Shown piece after piece: positions 63,533-64,000 of a stretch of 64,000 bases of DNA. Within the stretch, counting starts at the first letter, position 1. Every line of letters begins with the position of its first letter. The notes under the pieces are model-generated. The model was not told where the DNA came from. It made no database searches and saw only the letters and a program-made list of their open reading frames with translations. The DNA lies in assembly GCF_009914755.1 (NCBI RefSeq), contig NC_060939.1, one strand, 5' to 3'. A program made the position numbers and the translations under genes. The stretch is from the human T2T-CHM13v2.0 reference genome, Homo sapiens.

Positions 63533-64000
63533 ATTTTAATTATAATTAAGTCACTAGTGACTAAATGACGGCCAAAACTGGTCTAAAGAGCTAGAAATTA
63601 GCCTATAGCCAACAAAGCTTCCAGAAACAAGATATTCTAATGCATTTCCCTCATTTGATTAATACTGTAAATTGTGAATTCACTTGCTAAGAGCCCTTTT
63701 GAAGCAAACTTGGAAGTCAGTATTCTATTATTTCAGTTCTACCTGGTAAGAACTTAGTTTCATTTGCACCTTTCACTCACTCACTCATAGCTTCCACCCA
63801 AGTACAAGCAAAGCAGCAGCACATGTTTAGTAGAGTTTTACCTTAGAGTAATCAGAGCCAAGATATGTTTTGTGGGGATAAAATGCATTTGTAAGCAAGA
63901 GCTGTCTTCATCAAAATTCAAGGTTTTCCACATGATTTAACTATCATAGCAAGCAATCTGGATATTACCCCACAAAACACATTTGTGTGTGTGTCGACAG

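Overview
Primate (almost certainly human) genomic DNA lying wholly inside the PEAK1 (SGK269) pseudokinase gene, which is transcribed on the minus strand. The only host coding sequence is one very large exon, 22505-19255 (3,251 nt). It carries 114 nt of 5'UTR, the start codon and codons 1-1046; the C-terminal pseudokinase exons lie beyond position 1. The rest is intron, densely filled with Alu, L1, L2, MIR, MaLR LTRs and DNA transposon fossils, including near full-length Tigger2, HSMAR2 and Charlie1-type elements. A processed HMGN1 pseudogene sits inside an old L1 and is itself interrupted by an Alu and by a 5'-inverted L1PA2-like element. I see no new gene system. The best leads concern how the giant exon may be processed: back-splicing with a junction-spanning ORF, intronic polyadenylation giving a 1,049-aa form lacking the pseudokinase domain, and uORFs abutting the ATG. 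Other leads are a C-x12-C-x2-C-x6-H N-terminal module, a candidate upstream terminal exon, an L1 3' transduction, an apparent L1-L1 gene-conversion tract and an orphan 40-bp HMGN1 copy. Repeat subfamily names come from remembered consensus sequences, and boundaries of old repeats are approximate.
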